The notes below the pieces were generated by a model. The model did no database searches. It had not been told where the DNA came from and was given only the letters and a program-made list of their open reading frames with translations. 64,000 nt of DNA, taken from assembly GCF_009914755.1 (NCBI RefSeq), contig NC_060939.1, one strand, 5' to 3'. The stretch comes from the human T2T-CHM13v2.0 reference genome, Homo sapiens. Both the position numbers and the translations under genes were made by a program. Positions within the stretch are counted from its first letter, which is position 1. Each line of letters opens with the position of its first letter. Positions 27,901 to 41,400 of this stretch are shown one piece after another.

Positions 27901-30900
27901 ATTCGATTCCATTCCATTCGAGCACATTCCATTCGAGTCCATTCCATTCGATGCCATTCCATTTGATTCTATTCCATTAGTCTCCATTCAATTCCATTAA
28001 TCTCCATTCCATTCCATTCTACTCCAACTGATTCCATTCCATTCTATTCCTTTCCATTCCATTTCATTCCATTCCATTCCATTTCATTCCATTCCATTCC
28101 ATTCGTGTCCATTCCACTCCAGTGCATTCCATTCGTGTCCATTCCATTCCAGTCCATTCCATTTGTGTCCACTGCATTCCATTCCACTCCATTCCATATT
28201 ATTCCATTACACTCCATTCCATTCTATCACTTTCATTTCCATTCAATTCCATTCCATTTGATTCCATTCCACTCGGTTTCATTCCATTTGAGTCCACTCC
28301 ATTCCATTCCATTCCATTCAGTTCCATTCCATTCTGTTCCATTCCATTCCGTTCCATTACATTCCATTCCATTCGGTACCATTCCATATTGTTCCATTCG
28401 ATTCCATTCGAATCCATTCCATTCCAGTCCATTCCATTCGATACCATTCCATTCATTTCAATTCCATTCCATTCCATTCCATTCCATTCCACTTGATTCC
28501 TCTCCATTCCCTTCCACTGCATTCCGTTCGATTCCATTCCATTGCATTGCATTCCATTCCATTGGATTGCATTCCATTCGATTCCATTCCATTCAAATCA
28601 ATTACATAGCAATCCATTACATTCGAGTCTATTCTATTCCGTTCCATTCGATTTCGTTCCAATCCATTCGATTCCATTCCATTCGATTCCATTCCATACT
28701 ATTGCATTCCATTCGATTACATTATATTCGAATAAGTTCCATTCAAGACCATTTCTTTTGAGTCCATTCTATTTGAGTCCATTCCCTTTGATTCCATAAC
28801 ATTTGAGTCCATTCAATTCCATTCCTTTCGTTTCCATTCCATTTGATGCCATTCCATTCAATTCTGTTCTACTCGACTCCAATACATTCAATTCCATTCC
28901 ATCCGATTCCATTACATTCTTTTCATTTCTTATCCATTTCAAGCCATTCCACTCCATTCCATTCCACTCGTTTCCTTTCCATTCGAGTCCATTCCTCTCC
29001 AGTCCATTCCGTTCAATCCATTCCATTCCAGTCCATTCCATTCGAGTCCGTTCCATTCCAGTCCATTCCATTCGAGTCAATTCCATTCCATTCGATGTCT
29101 TTCCATAACGATCCATTCCATTCTATTCCTTTCGATTCCATTCCATTCTATTTCATTCCATTCGATTCCCTTCCATTGGACTCCTTTCCATACGAGTGCA
29201 TTCCATTCCGTTCCATTTCTTTCCGTTCTGTACGATTCCTACCGTTCGATTTCATTTTGTTCCAGTTCATTCCTTTCGCGTCCATTCCATTCCATTTCAC
29301 TCCATTCGATTCCATTCCCCTCGATTCCACTTCGTTCCATTTCATTGCATTCCATTCTATTCAACTCTATTGCCTTCCATTCCATTCCATTCGATTACAT
29401 TCCATGCGATTCCATTCGAAATCGAATCAATTACATTGCAATCCATTACTATTGAGTCCATTTTATTCCAGTCCACTGCATTCTGGTCCATTCCATTTGA
29501 TTCCATTCCATTCTATTCCATTCCATACAGTTGCATTCCATTGGATTCCATTCTATATCTATAAATTCAATTCGAGACCATTGCTTTTGAGTCCATTCTA
29601 TATGATTCCATTCCATTCAAGTCCATTACATTTGGTTCAATTCCATTCCATTCCATTCCCTTCCATTCCATTCCAGTTGATATCAATCCATTCGATTCCA
29701 TTCCATTCGAGCACATTCCATTCGAGTCCATTCCATTCGATGCCATTCCATTTGATTCTATTCCATTAGTCTCCATTCAATTCCATTAATCTCCATTCCA
29801 TTCCATTCTACTCCAAATGATTCCATTCCATTCTATTCCTTTCCATTCCATTTCATTCCATTCCATTCCATTCCATTTCATTCCATTCCATTCCATTCCA
29901 TTCCATTCCATTCGCTTCCATTCCATTCGTGTCCATTCCATTCCAGTCCATTCCATTTGTGTCCACTGCATTCCATTCCACTCCATTCCATATTATTCCA
30001 TTACACTCCATTCCATTCTATTACTTTCATTTCCATTCAATTCCATTCCATTTGATTCCATTCCACTCGGTTTCATTCCATTTGAGTCCACTCCATTCCA
30101 TTCCATTCCATTCCATTCCATTCAGTTCCATTCCATTCTGTTCCATTCCATTCCGTTCCATTACATTCCATTCCATTCGGTACCATTCCATATTGTTCCA
30201 TTCGATTCCATTCGAATCCATTCCATTCCAGTCCATTCCATTCGATTCCATTCCATTCATTTCAATTCCATTCCATTCCATTCCATTACATTCCACTTGA
30301 TTCCTCTCCATTCCCTTCCACTGCATTCCGTTCGATTCCATTCCATTGCATTGCATTCCATTCCATTGGATTGCATTCCATTCGATTCCATTCCATTCGA
30401 ATCAATTACATAGCAATCCATTACATTCGAGTCTATTCTATTCCGTTCCATTCGATTTCGTTCCAATCCATTCGATTCCATTCCATTCGATTCCATTCCA
30501 TACTATTGCATTCCATTCGATTACATTATATTCGAATAAGTTCCATTCAAGACCATTTCTTTTGAGTCCATTCTATTTGAGTCCATTCCCTTTGATTCCA
30601 TAACATTTGAGTCCATTCAATTCCATTCCTTTCGTTTCCATTCCATTTGATGCCATTCCATTCAATTCTGTTCTACTCGACTCCAATACATTCAATTCCA
30701 TTCCATCCGATTCCATTACATTCTTTTCATTTCTTATCCATTTCAAGCCATTCCACTCCATTCCATTCCACTCGTTTCCTTTCCATTCGAGTCCATTCCT
30801 CTCCAGTCCATTCCGTTCAATCCATTCCATTCCAGTCCATTCCATTCGAGTCCGTTCCATTCCAGTCCATTCCATTCGAGTCAATTCCATTCCATTCGAT

Positions 30901-33900
30901 GTCTTTCCATAACGATCCATTCCATTCTATTCCTTTCGATTCCATTCCATTCTATTTCATTCCATTCGATTCCCTTCCATTGGACTCCTTTCCATTCGAG
31001 TGCATTCCATTCCGTTCCATTTCTTTCCGTTCTGTACGATTCCTACCGTTCGATTTCATTTTGTTCCAGTCCATTCCTTTCGCGTCCATTCCATTCCATT
31101 TCACTCCATTCGATTCCATTCCACTCGATTCCACTTCGTTCCATTTCATTGCATTCCATTCTATTCAACTCTATTGCCTTCCATTCCATTCCATTCGATT
31201 ACATTCCATGCGATTCCATTCGAAATCGAATCAATTACATTGCAATCCATTACTATTGAGTCCGTTTTATTCCAGTCCAATGCATTCTGGTCCATTCCAT
31301 TTCATTCCACTCCATTCCATTCCATTCCATACAGTTGCATTCCATTGGATTCCATGCTATATCTATAAATTCAATTCGAGACCATTGCTTTTGAGTCCAT
31401 TCTATATGATTCCATTCCATTCAAGTCCATTACATTTGGTTCAATTCCATTCCATTCCATTCCCTTCCATTCCATTCCATTTGATATCAATCCATTCGAT
31501 TCCATTCCATTCGAGCACATTCCATTCGAGTCCATTCCATTCGATGCCATTCCATTTGATTCTATTCCATTAGTCTCCATTCAACTCCATTAATCTCCAT
31601 TCCATTCCATTCTACTCCAACTGATTCCATTCCATTCTATTCCTTTCCATTCCATTTCACTCCATTCCATTCCATTTCATTCCATTCCATTCCATTCGTG
31701 TCCATTCCACTCCAGTCCATTCCATTCGTGTCCATTCCATTCCAGTCCATTCCATTTGTGTCCACTGCATTCCATTCCACTCCATTCCATATTATTCCAT
31801 TACACTCCATTCCATTCTATTACTTTCATTTCCATTCAATTCCATTCCATTTGATTCCATTCCACTCGAATTCATTCCATTTGAGTCCACTCCATTCCAT
31901 TCCATTCCATTCCATTCAGTTCCATTCCATTCTGTTCCATTCCATTCCGTTCCATTGCATTCCATTCCATTCGGTACCATTCCATATTGTTCCATTCGAT
32001 TCCATTCGAATCCATTCCATTCCAGTCCATTCCATTCGATTCCATTCCATTCATTTCAATTCCATTCCATTCCATTCCATTCCGCTTGATTCCACTCCAT
32101 TCCCTTCCACTGCATTCCATTGCATTGCATTCCATTCCATTGGATTGCATTCCATTCGATTCCATTCCATTCGAATCAATTACATAGCAATCCATTACAT
32201 TCGAGTCTATTCTCTTCCGTTCCATTCGATTTCGTTCCAATCCATTCGATTCCATTCCATTCGATTCCATTCCATACTATTGCATTCCATTCGATTACAT
32301 TATATTCGAATAAGTTCCATTCAAGACCATTTCTTTTGAGTCCATTCTATTTGAGTCCATTCCCTTTGATTCCATAACATTTGAGTCCATTCAATTCCAT
32401 TCCTTTCGTTTCCATTCCATTTGATGCCATTCCATTCAATTCTGTTCTACTCGACTCCAATACATTCAATTCCATTCCATCCGATTCCATTACATTCTTT
32501 TCATTTCTTATCCATTTCAAGCCATTCCACTCCATTCCATTCCACTCGTTTCCTTTCCATTCGAGTCCATTCCTCTCCAGTCCATTCCGTTCAATCCATT
32601 CCATTCCAGTCCATTCCATTCGAGTCCGTTCCATTCCAGTCCATTCCATTCGAGTCAATTCCATTCCATTCGATGTCTTTCCATAACGATCCATTCCATT
32701 CTATTCCTTTCGATTCCATTCCATTCTATTTCATTCCATTCGATTCCCTTCCATTGGACTCCTTTCCATTCGAGTGCATTCCATTCCGTTCCATTTCTTT
32801 CCGTTCTGTACGATTCCTACCGTTCGATTTCATTTTGTTCCAGTCCATTCTTTCTCGTCCATTCCATTCCATTTCACTCCATTCGATTCTATTCCACTCG
32901 ATTCCACTTCGTTCCATTTCATTGCATTCCATTCTATTCAACTCTATTGCCTTCCATTCCATTCCATTCGATTACATTCCATGCGATTCCATTCGAAATC
33001 GAAACAATTACATTGCAATCCATTACTATTGAGTCCGTTTTATTCCAGTCCACTGCATTCTGGTCCATTCCATTTGATTCCATTCCATTCTATTCCATTC
33101 CATACAGTTGCATTCCATTGGATTCCATTCTATATCTATAAATTCAATTCGAGACCATTGCTTTTGAGTCCATTCTATATGATTCCATTCCATTCAAGTC
33201 CATTACATTTGGTTCAATTCCATTCCATTCCATTCCCTTCCATTCCATTCCAGTTGATATCAATCCATTCGATTCCATTCCATTCGAGCACATTCCATTC
33301 GAGTCCATTCCATTCGATGCCATTCCATTTGATTCTATTCCATTAGTCTCCATTCAATTCCATTAATCTCCATTCCATTCCATTCTACTCCAACTGATTC
33401 CATTCCATTCTATTCCTTTCCATTCCATTTTATTCCATTCCATTCCATTTCATTCCATTCCATTCCATTCGTGTCCATTCCACTCCAGTCCATTCCATTC
33501 GTGTCCATTCCATTCCAGTCCATTCCATTTGTGTCCACTGCATTCCATTCCACTCCATTCCATATTATTCCATTACACTCAATTCCATTCTATTACTTTC
33601 ATTTCCTTTGAATTCCATTCCATTTGATTCCATTCCACTCGGTTTCATTCCATTTGAGTCCACTCCATTCCATTCCATTCCATTCCATTCAGTTCCATTC
33701 CATTCTGTTCCATTCCATTCCGTTCCATTACATTCCATTCCATTCGGTACCATTCCATATTGTTCCATTCGATTCCATTCGAATCCATTCCATTCCAGTC
33801 CATTCCATTCGATTCCATTCCATTCATTTCAATTCCATTCCATTCCATTCCATTACATTCCACTTGATTCCTCTCCATTCCCTTCCACTGCATTCCGTTC

Positions 33901-35400
33901 GATTCCATTCCATTGCATTGCATTCCATTCCATTGGATTGCATTCCATTCGATTCCATTCCATTCGAATCAATTACATAGCAATCCATTACATTCGAGTC
34001 TATTCTATTCCGTTCCATTCGATTTCGTTCCAATCCATTCGATTCCATTCCATTCGATTCCATTCCATACTATTGCATTCCATTCGATTACATTATATTC
34101 GAATAAGTTCCATTCAAGACCATTTCTTTTGAGTCCATTCTATTTGAGTCCATTCCCTTTGATTCCATAACATTTGAGTCCATTCAATTCCATTCCTTTC
34201 GTTTCCATTCCATTTGATGCCATTCCATTCAATTCTGTTCTACTCGACTCCAATACATTCAATTCCATTCCATCCGATTCCATTACATTCTTTTCATTTC
34301 TTATCCATTTCAAGCCATTCCACTCCATTCCATTCCACTCGTTTCCTTTCCATTCGAGTCCATTCCTCTCCAGTCCATTCCGTTCAATCCATTCCATTCC
34401 AGTCCATTCCATTCGAGTCCGTTCCATTCCAGTCCATTCCATTCGAGTCAATTCCATCCCATTCGATGTCTTTCCATAACGATCCATTCCATTCTATTCC
34501 TTTCGATTCCATTCCATTCTATTTCATTCCATTCGATTCCCTTCCATTGGACTCCTTTCCATTCGAGTGCATTCCATTCCGTTCCATTTCTTTCCGTTCT
34601 GTACGATTCCTACCGTTCGATTTCATTTTGTTCCAGTCCATTCCTTTCGCGTCCATTCCATTCCATTTCACTCCATTCGATTCCATTCCACTCGATTCCA
34701 CTTCGTTCCATTTCATTGCATTCCATTCTATTCAACTCTATTGCCTTCCATTCCATTCCATTCGATTACATTCCATGCGATTCCATTCGAAATCGAATCA
34801 ATTACATTGCAATCCATTACTATTGAGTCCGTTTTATTCCAGTCCACTGCATTCTGGTCCATTCCATTTGAATCCATTCCATTCTATTCCATTCCATACA
34901 GTTGCATTCCATTGGATTCCATGCTATATCTATAAATTCAATTCGAGACCATTGCTTTTGAGTCCATTCTATATGATTCCATTCCATTCAAGTCCATTAC
35001 ATTTGGTTCAATTCCATTCCATTGCATTCCCTTCCATTCCATTCCAGTTGATATCAATCCATTCGATTCCATTCCATTCGAGCACATTCCATTCGAGTCC
35101 ATTCCATTCGATGCCATTCCATTTGATTCTATTCCATTAGTCTCCATTCAATTCCATTAATCTCCATTCCATTCCATTCTACTCCAACTGATTCCATTCC
35201 ATTCTATTCCTTTCCATTCCATTTCATTCCATTCCATTCCATTTCATTCCATTCCATTCCATTCGCTTCCATTCCATTCGTGTCCATTCCACTCCAGTCC
35301 ATTCCATTCGTGTCCATTCCATTCCAGTCCATTCCATTTGTGTCCACTGCATTCCATTCCACTCCATTCCATATTATTCCATTACACTCCATTCCATTCT
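19000..35400 (+). repeat. ~7.4 kb (4-unit) block present twice at a 5-unit offset (~19.0-26.4 kb and ~27.9-35.4 kb)
   Basis: Shared private variants occur in the same order at +8938 to +8954, including EcoRI sites 22914/31868 and 24656/33610. Confidence 0.85.
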
Positions 35401-38400
35401 ATCACTTTCATTTCCATTCAATTCCATTCCATTTGATTCCATTCCACTCGGTTTCATTCCATTTGAGTCCACTCCATTCCATTCCATTCAATTCCATTCA
35501 GTTCCATTCCATTCTGTTCCATTCCATTCCGTTCCATTACATTCCATTCCATTCGGTACCATTCCATATTGTTCCATTCGATTCCATTCGAATCCATTCC
35601 ATTCCAGTCCATTCCATTCGATTCCATTCCATTCATTTCAATTCCATTCCATTCCATTCCATTCCATTCCACTTGATTCCTCTCCATTCCCTTCCACTGC
35701 ATTCCGTTCGATTCCATTCCATTGCATTGCATTCCATTCCATTGGATTGCATTCCATTCGATTCCATTCCATTCGAATCAATTACATAGCAATCCATTAC
35801 ATTCGAGTCTATTCTATTCCGTTCCATTCGATTTCGTTCCAATCCATTCGATTCCATTCCATTCGGTTCCATTCCATACTATTGCATTCCATTCGATTAC
35901 ATTATATTCGAATAAGTTCCATTCAAGACCATTTCTTTTGAGTCCATTCTATTTGAGTCCATTCCCTTTGATTCCATAACATTTGAGTCCATTCAATTCC
36001 ATTCCTTTCGTTTCCATTCCATTTGATGCCATTCCATTCAATTCTGTTCTACTCGACTCCAATACATTCAATTCCATTCCATCCGATTCCATTACATTCT
36101 TTTCATTTCTTATCCATTTCAAGCCATTCCACTCCATTCCATTCCACTCGTTTCCTTTCCATTCGAGTCCATTCCGTTCAATCCATTCCATTCCAGTCCA
36201 TTCCATTCGAGTCCGTTCCATTCCAGTCCATTCCATTCGAGTCAACTCCATCCCATTCGATGTCTTTCCATAACGATCCATTCCATTCTATTCCTTTCAA
36301 TTCCATTTCATTCTATTTCATTCCATTCGATTCCCTTCCATTGGACTCCTTTCCATTCGAGTGCATTCCATTCCGTTCCATTTCTTTCCGTTCTGTACGA
36401 TTCCTACCGTTCGATTTCATTTTGTTCCAGTCCATTCCTTTCGCGTCCATTCCATTCCATTTCACTCCATTCGATTCCATTCCACTCGATTCCACTTCGT
36501 TCCATTTCATTGCATTCCATTCTATTCAACTCTATTGCCTTCCATTCCATTCCATTCGATTACATTCCATGCGATTCCATTCGAAATCGAATCAATTACA
36601 TTGCAATCCATTACAATTGAGTCCGTTTTATTCCAGTCCACTGCATTCTGGTCCATTCCTTTTGATTCCATTCCATTCTATTCCATTCCATACAGTTGCA
36701 TTCCTTTGGATTCCATGCTATATATATAAATTCAATTCGAGACCATTGCTTTTGAGTCCATTCTATATGATTCCATTCCATTCAAGTCCATTACATTTGG
36801 TTCAATTCCATTCCATTCCATTCCCTTCCATTCCATTCCAGTTGATATCAATCCATTCGATTCCATTCCATTCGAGCACATTCCATTCGAGTCCATTCCA
36901 TTCGATGCCATTCCATTTGATTCTATTCCATTAGTCTCCATTCAATTCCATTAATCTCCATTCCATTCCATTCTACTCCAACTGATTCCATTCCATTCTA
37001 TTCCTTTCCATTCCATTTCATTCCATTCCATTCCATTTCATTCCATTCCATTCCATTCGCTTCCATTCCGTTCGTGTCCATTCCACTCCAGTCCATTCCA
37101 TTCCTGTCCATTCCATTCCACTCCATTCCATTTGTGTCCACTGCATTCCATTCCACTCCATTCCATATTATTCCATTACACTCCCTTCCATTCTATTACT
37201 TTCATTTCCATTCAATTCCATTCCATTTGATTCCATTCCACTCGGTTTCATTCCATTTGAGTCCACTCCATTCCATTCCATTCCATTCAGTTCCATTCCA
37301 TTCTGTTCCATTCCATTCCGTTCCATTACATTCCATTCCATTCGGTACCATTCCATATTGTTCCATTCGATTCCATTCGAATCCATTCCATTCCAGTCCA
37401 TTCCATTCGATTCCATTCCATTCATTTCTATTCCATTCCATTCCATTCCATTACATTCCACTTGATTCCTCTCCATTCCCTTCCACTGCATTCCGTTCGA
37501 TTCCATTCCATTGCATTGCATTCCATTCCATTGGATTGCATTCCATTCGATTCCATTCCATTCGAATCAATTACATAGCAATCCATTACATTCGAGTCTA
37601 TTCTCTTCCGTTCCATTCGGTTTCGTTCCAATCCATTCGATTCCATTCCATTCGATTCCATTCCATACTATTGCATTCCATTCGATTACATTATATTCGA
37701 ATAAGTTCCATTCAAGACCATTTCTTTTGAGTCCATTCTATTTGAGTCCATTCCCTTTGATTCCATAACATTTGAGTCCATTCAATTCCATTCCTTTCGT
37801 TTCCATTCCATTTGATGCCATTCCATTCAATTCTGTTCTACTCGACTCCAATACATTCAATTCCATTCCATCCGATTCCATTACATTCTTTTCATTTCTT
37901 ATCCATTTCAAGCCATTCCACTCCATTCCATTCCACTCGTTTCCTTTCCATTCGAGTCCATTCCTCTCCAGTCCATTCCGTTCAATCCATTCCATTCCAG
38001 TCCATTCCATTCGAGTCCGTTCCATTCCAGTCCATTCCATTCGAGTCAATTCCATCCCATTCGATGTCTTTCCATAACGATCCATTCCATTGTATTCCTT
38101 TCCACTCCATTCCATTCTATTTCATTCCATTCGATTCCCTTCCATTGGACTCCTTTCCATTCGAGTGCATTCCATTCCGTTCCATTTCTTTCCGTTCTGT
38201 ACGATTCCTACCGTTCGATTTCATTTTGTTCCAGTCCATTCCTTTCGCGTCCATTCCATTCCATTTCACTCCATTCGATTCCATTCCACTCGATTCCACT
38301 TCGTTCCATTTCATTGCATTCCATTCTATTCAACTCTATTGCCTTCCATTCCATTCCATTCGATTACATTCCATGCGATTCCATTCGAAATCGAATCAAT

Positions 38401-41400
38401 TACATTGCAATCCAGTACTATTGAGTCCATTTCATTCCAGTCCACTGCATTCTGGTCCATTCCATTTGATTCCATTCCATTCTATTCCATTCCATACAGT
38501 TGCATTCCATTGGATTCCATTCTATATCTATAAATTCAATTCGAGACCATTGCTTTTGAGTCCATTCTACATGATTCCATTCCATTGAAGTCCATTACAT
38601 TTGGTTCAATTCCATTCCGTTCCATTCCCTTCCATTCCATTCCAGTTGATATCAATCCATTCGATTCCATTCCACTCGAGCACATTCCATTCGAGTCCAT
38701 TCCATTCGATGCCATTCCATTTGATTCTATTCCATTAGTCTCCATTCAATTCCATTAATCTCCATTCCATTCCATTCTACTCCAACTGATTCCATTCCAT
38801 TCTATTCCTTTCCATTCCATTTCATTCCATTCCATTCCATTTCATTCCATTCCATTCCATTCCATTCCATTCGCTTCCATTCCATTCGTGTGCATTCCAT
38901 TCCAGTCCATTCCATTTGTGTCCACTGCATTCCATTCCACTCCATTCCATATTATTCCATTACACTCCATTCCATTCTATTACTTTCATTTCCATTCAAT
39001 TCCATTCCATTTGATTCCATTCCACTCGGTTTCATTCCATTTGAGTCCACTCCATTCCATTCCATTCCATTCCATTCAGTTCCATTCCATTCTGTTCCAT
39101 TCCATTCCGTTCTATTACATTCCATTCCATTCGGTACCATTCCATATTGTTCCATTCGATTCCATTCGAATCCATTCCATTCCAGTCCATTCCATTCGAT
39201 TCCATTCCATTCATTTCAATTCCATTCCATTCCATTCCATTACATTCCACTTGATTCCTCTCCATTCCCTTCCACTGCATTCCGTTCGATTCCATTCCAT
39301 TGCATTGCATTCCATTCCATTGGATTGCATTCCATTCGATTCCATTCCATTCGAATCAATTACATAGCAATCCATTACATTCGAGTCTATTCTCTTCCGT
39401 TCCATTCGATTTCTTTCCAATCCATTCGATTCCATTCCATTCGATTCCATTCCACACTATTGCATTCCATTCGATTACATTATATTCGAATAAGTTCCAT
39501 TCAAGACCATTTCTTTTGAGTCCATTCTATTTGAGTCCATTCCCTTTGATTCCATAACATTTGAGTCCATTCAATTCCATTCCTTTCGTTTCCATTCCAT
39601 TTGATGCCATTCCATTCAATTCTGTTCTACTCGACTCCAATACATTCAATTCCATTCCATCCGATTCCATTACATTCTTTTCATTTCTTATCCATTTCAA
39701 GCCATTCCACTCCATTCCATTCCACTCGTTTCCTTTCCATTCGAGTCCATTCCTCTCCAGTCCATTCCGTTCAATCCATTCCATTCCAGTCCATTCCATT
39801 CGAGTCCGTTCCATTCCAGTCCATTCCATTCGAGTCAATTCCATTCCATTCGATGTCTTTCCATAACGATCCATTCCATTCTATTCCTTTCGATTCCATT
39901 CCATTCTATTTCATTCCATTCGATTCCCTTCCATTGGACTCCTTTCCATTCGAGTGCATTCCATTCCATTCCATTACTTTCCGTTCTGTACGATTCCTAC
40001 CGTTCGATTTCATTTTGTTCCAGTCCATTCTTTCGCGTCCATTCCATTCCATTTCACTCCATTCGATTCCATTCCACTCGATTCCACTTCGTTCCATTTC
40101 ATTGCATTCCATTCTATTCAACTCTATTGCCTTCCATTCCATTCCATTCGATTACATTCCATGCGATTCCATTCGAAATCGAATCAATTACATTGCAATC
40201 CATTACTATTGAGTCCGTTTTATTCCAGTCCACTGCATTCTGGTCCATTCCATTTGATTCCATTCCATTCTATTCCATTCCATACAGTTGCATTCCATTG
40301 GATTCCATGCTATATCTATAAATTCAATTCGAGACCATTGCTTTTGAGTCCATTCTATATGATTCCATTCCATTCAAGTCCATTACATTTGGTTAAATTC
40401 CATTCCATTCGGTTCAATTCCATTCCATTCCATTCCCTTCCATTCCATTCCAGTTGATATCAATCCATTCGATTCCATTCCATTCGAGCACATTCCATTC
40501 GAGTCCATTCCATTCGATGCCATTCCATTTGATTCTATTCCATTAGTCTCCATTCACTTCCATTAATCTCCATTCCATTCCATTCTACTCCAACTGATTC
40601 CATTCCATTCTATTCCTTTCCATTCCATTTCATTCCATTCCATTCCATTTCATTCCATTCCATTCCATTCCATTCCATTCCATTTGCTTCCATTCCATTC
40701 GTGTCCATTGCATTCCAGTCCATTCCATTTGTGTCCACTGCATTCCATTCCACTCCATTCCATATTATTCCATTACACTCCATTCCATTCTATTACTTTC
40801 ATTTCCATTCAATTCCATTCCATTTGATTCCATTCCACTCGGTTTCATTCCATTTGAGTCCACTCCATTCCATTCCATTCAGTTCCATTCCATTCTGTTC
40901 CATTCCATTCCGTTCCATTGCATTCCATTCCATTCGGTACCATTCCATATTGTTCCATTCGATTCCATTCGAATCCATTCCATTCCAGTCCATTCCATTC
41001 GATTCCATTCCATTCCTTTCAATTCCATTCCATTCCATTCCATTCCACTTGATTCCACTCCATTCCCTTCCACTGCATTCCATTGCATTGCATTCCATTC
41101 CATTGGACTGCATTCCATTCGATTCCATTCCATTCGAATCAATTACATAGCAATCCATTACATTCGAGTCTATTCTATTCCGTTCCATTCGATTTCGTTC
41201 CAATCCATTCGATTCCATTCCATTCGATTCCATTCCATACTATTGCATTCCATTCGATTACATTATATTCGAATAAGTTCCATTCAAGACCATTTCTTTT
41301 GAGTCCATTCTATTTGAGTCCATTCCCTTTGATTCCATAACATTTGAGTCCATTCAATTCCATTCCTTTCGTTTCCATTCCATTTGATGCCATTCCATTC

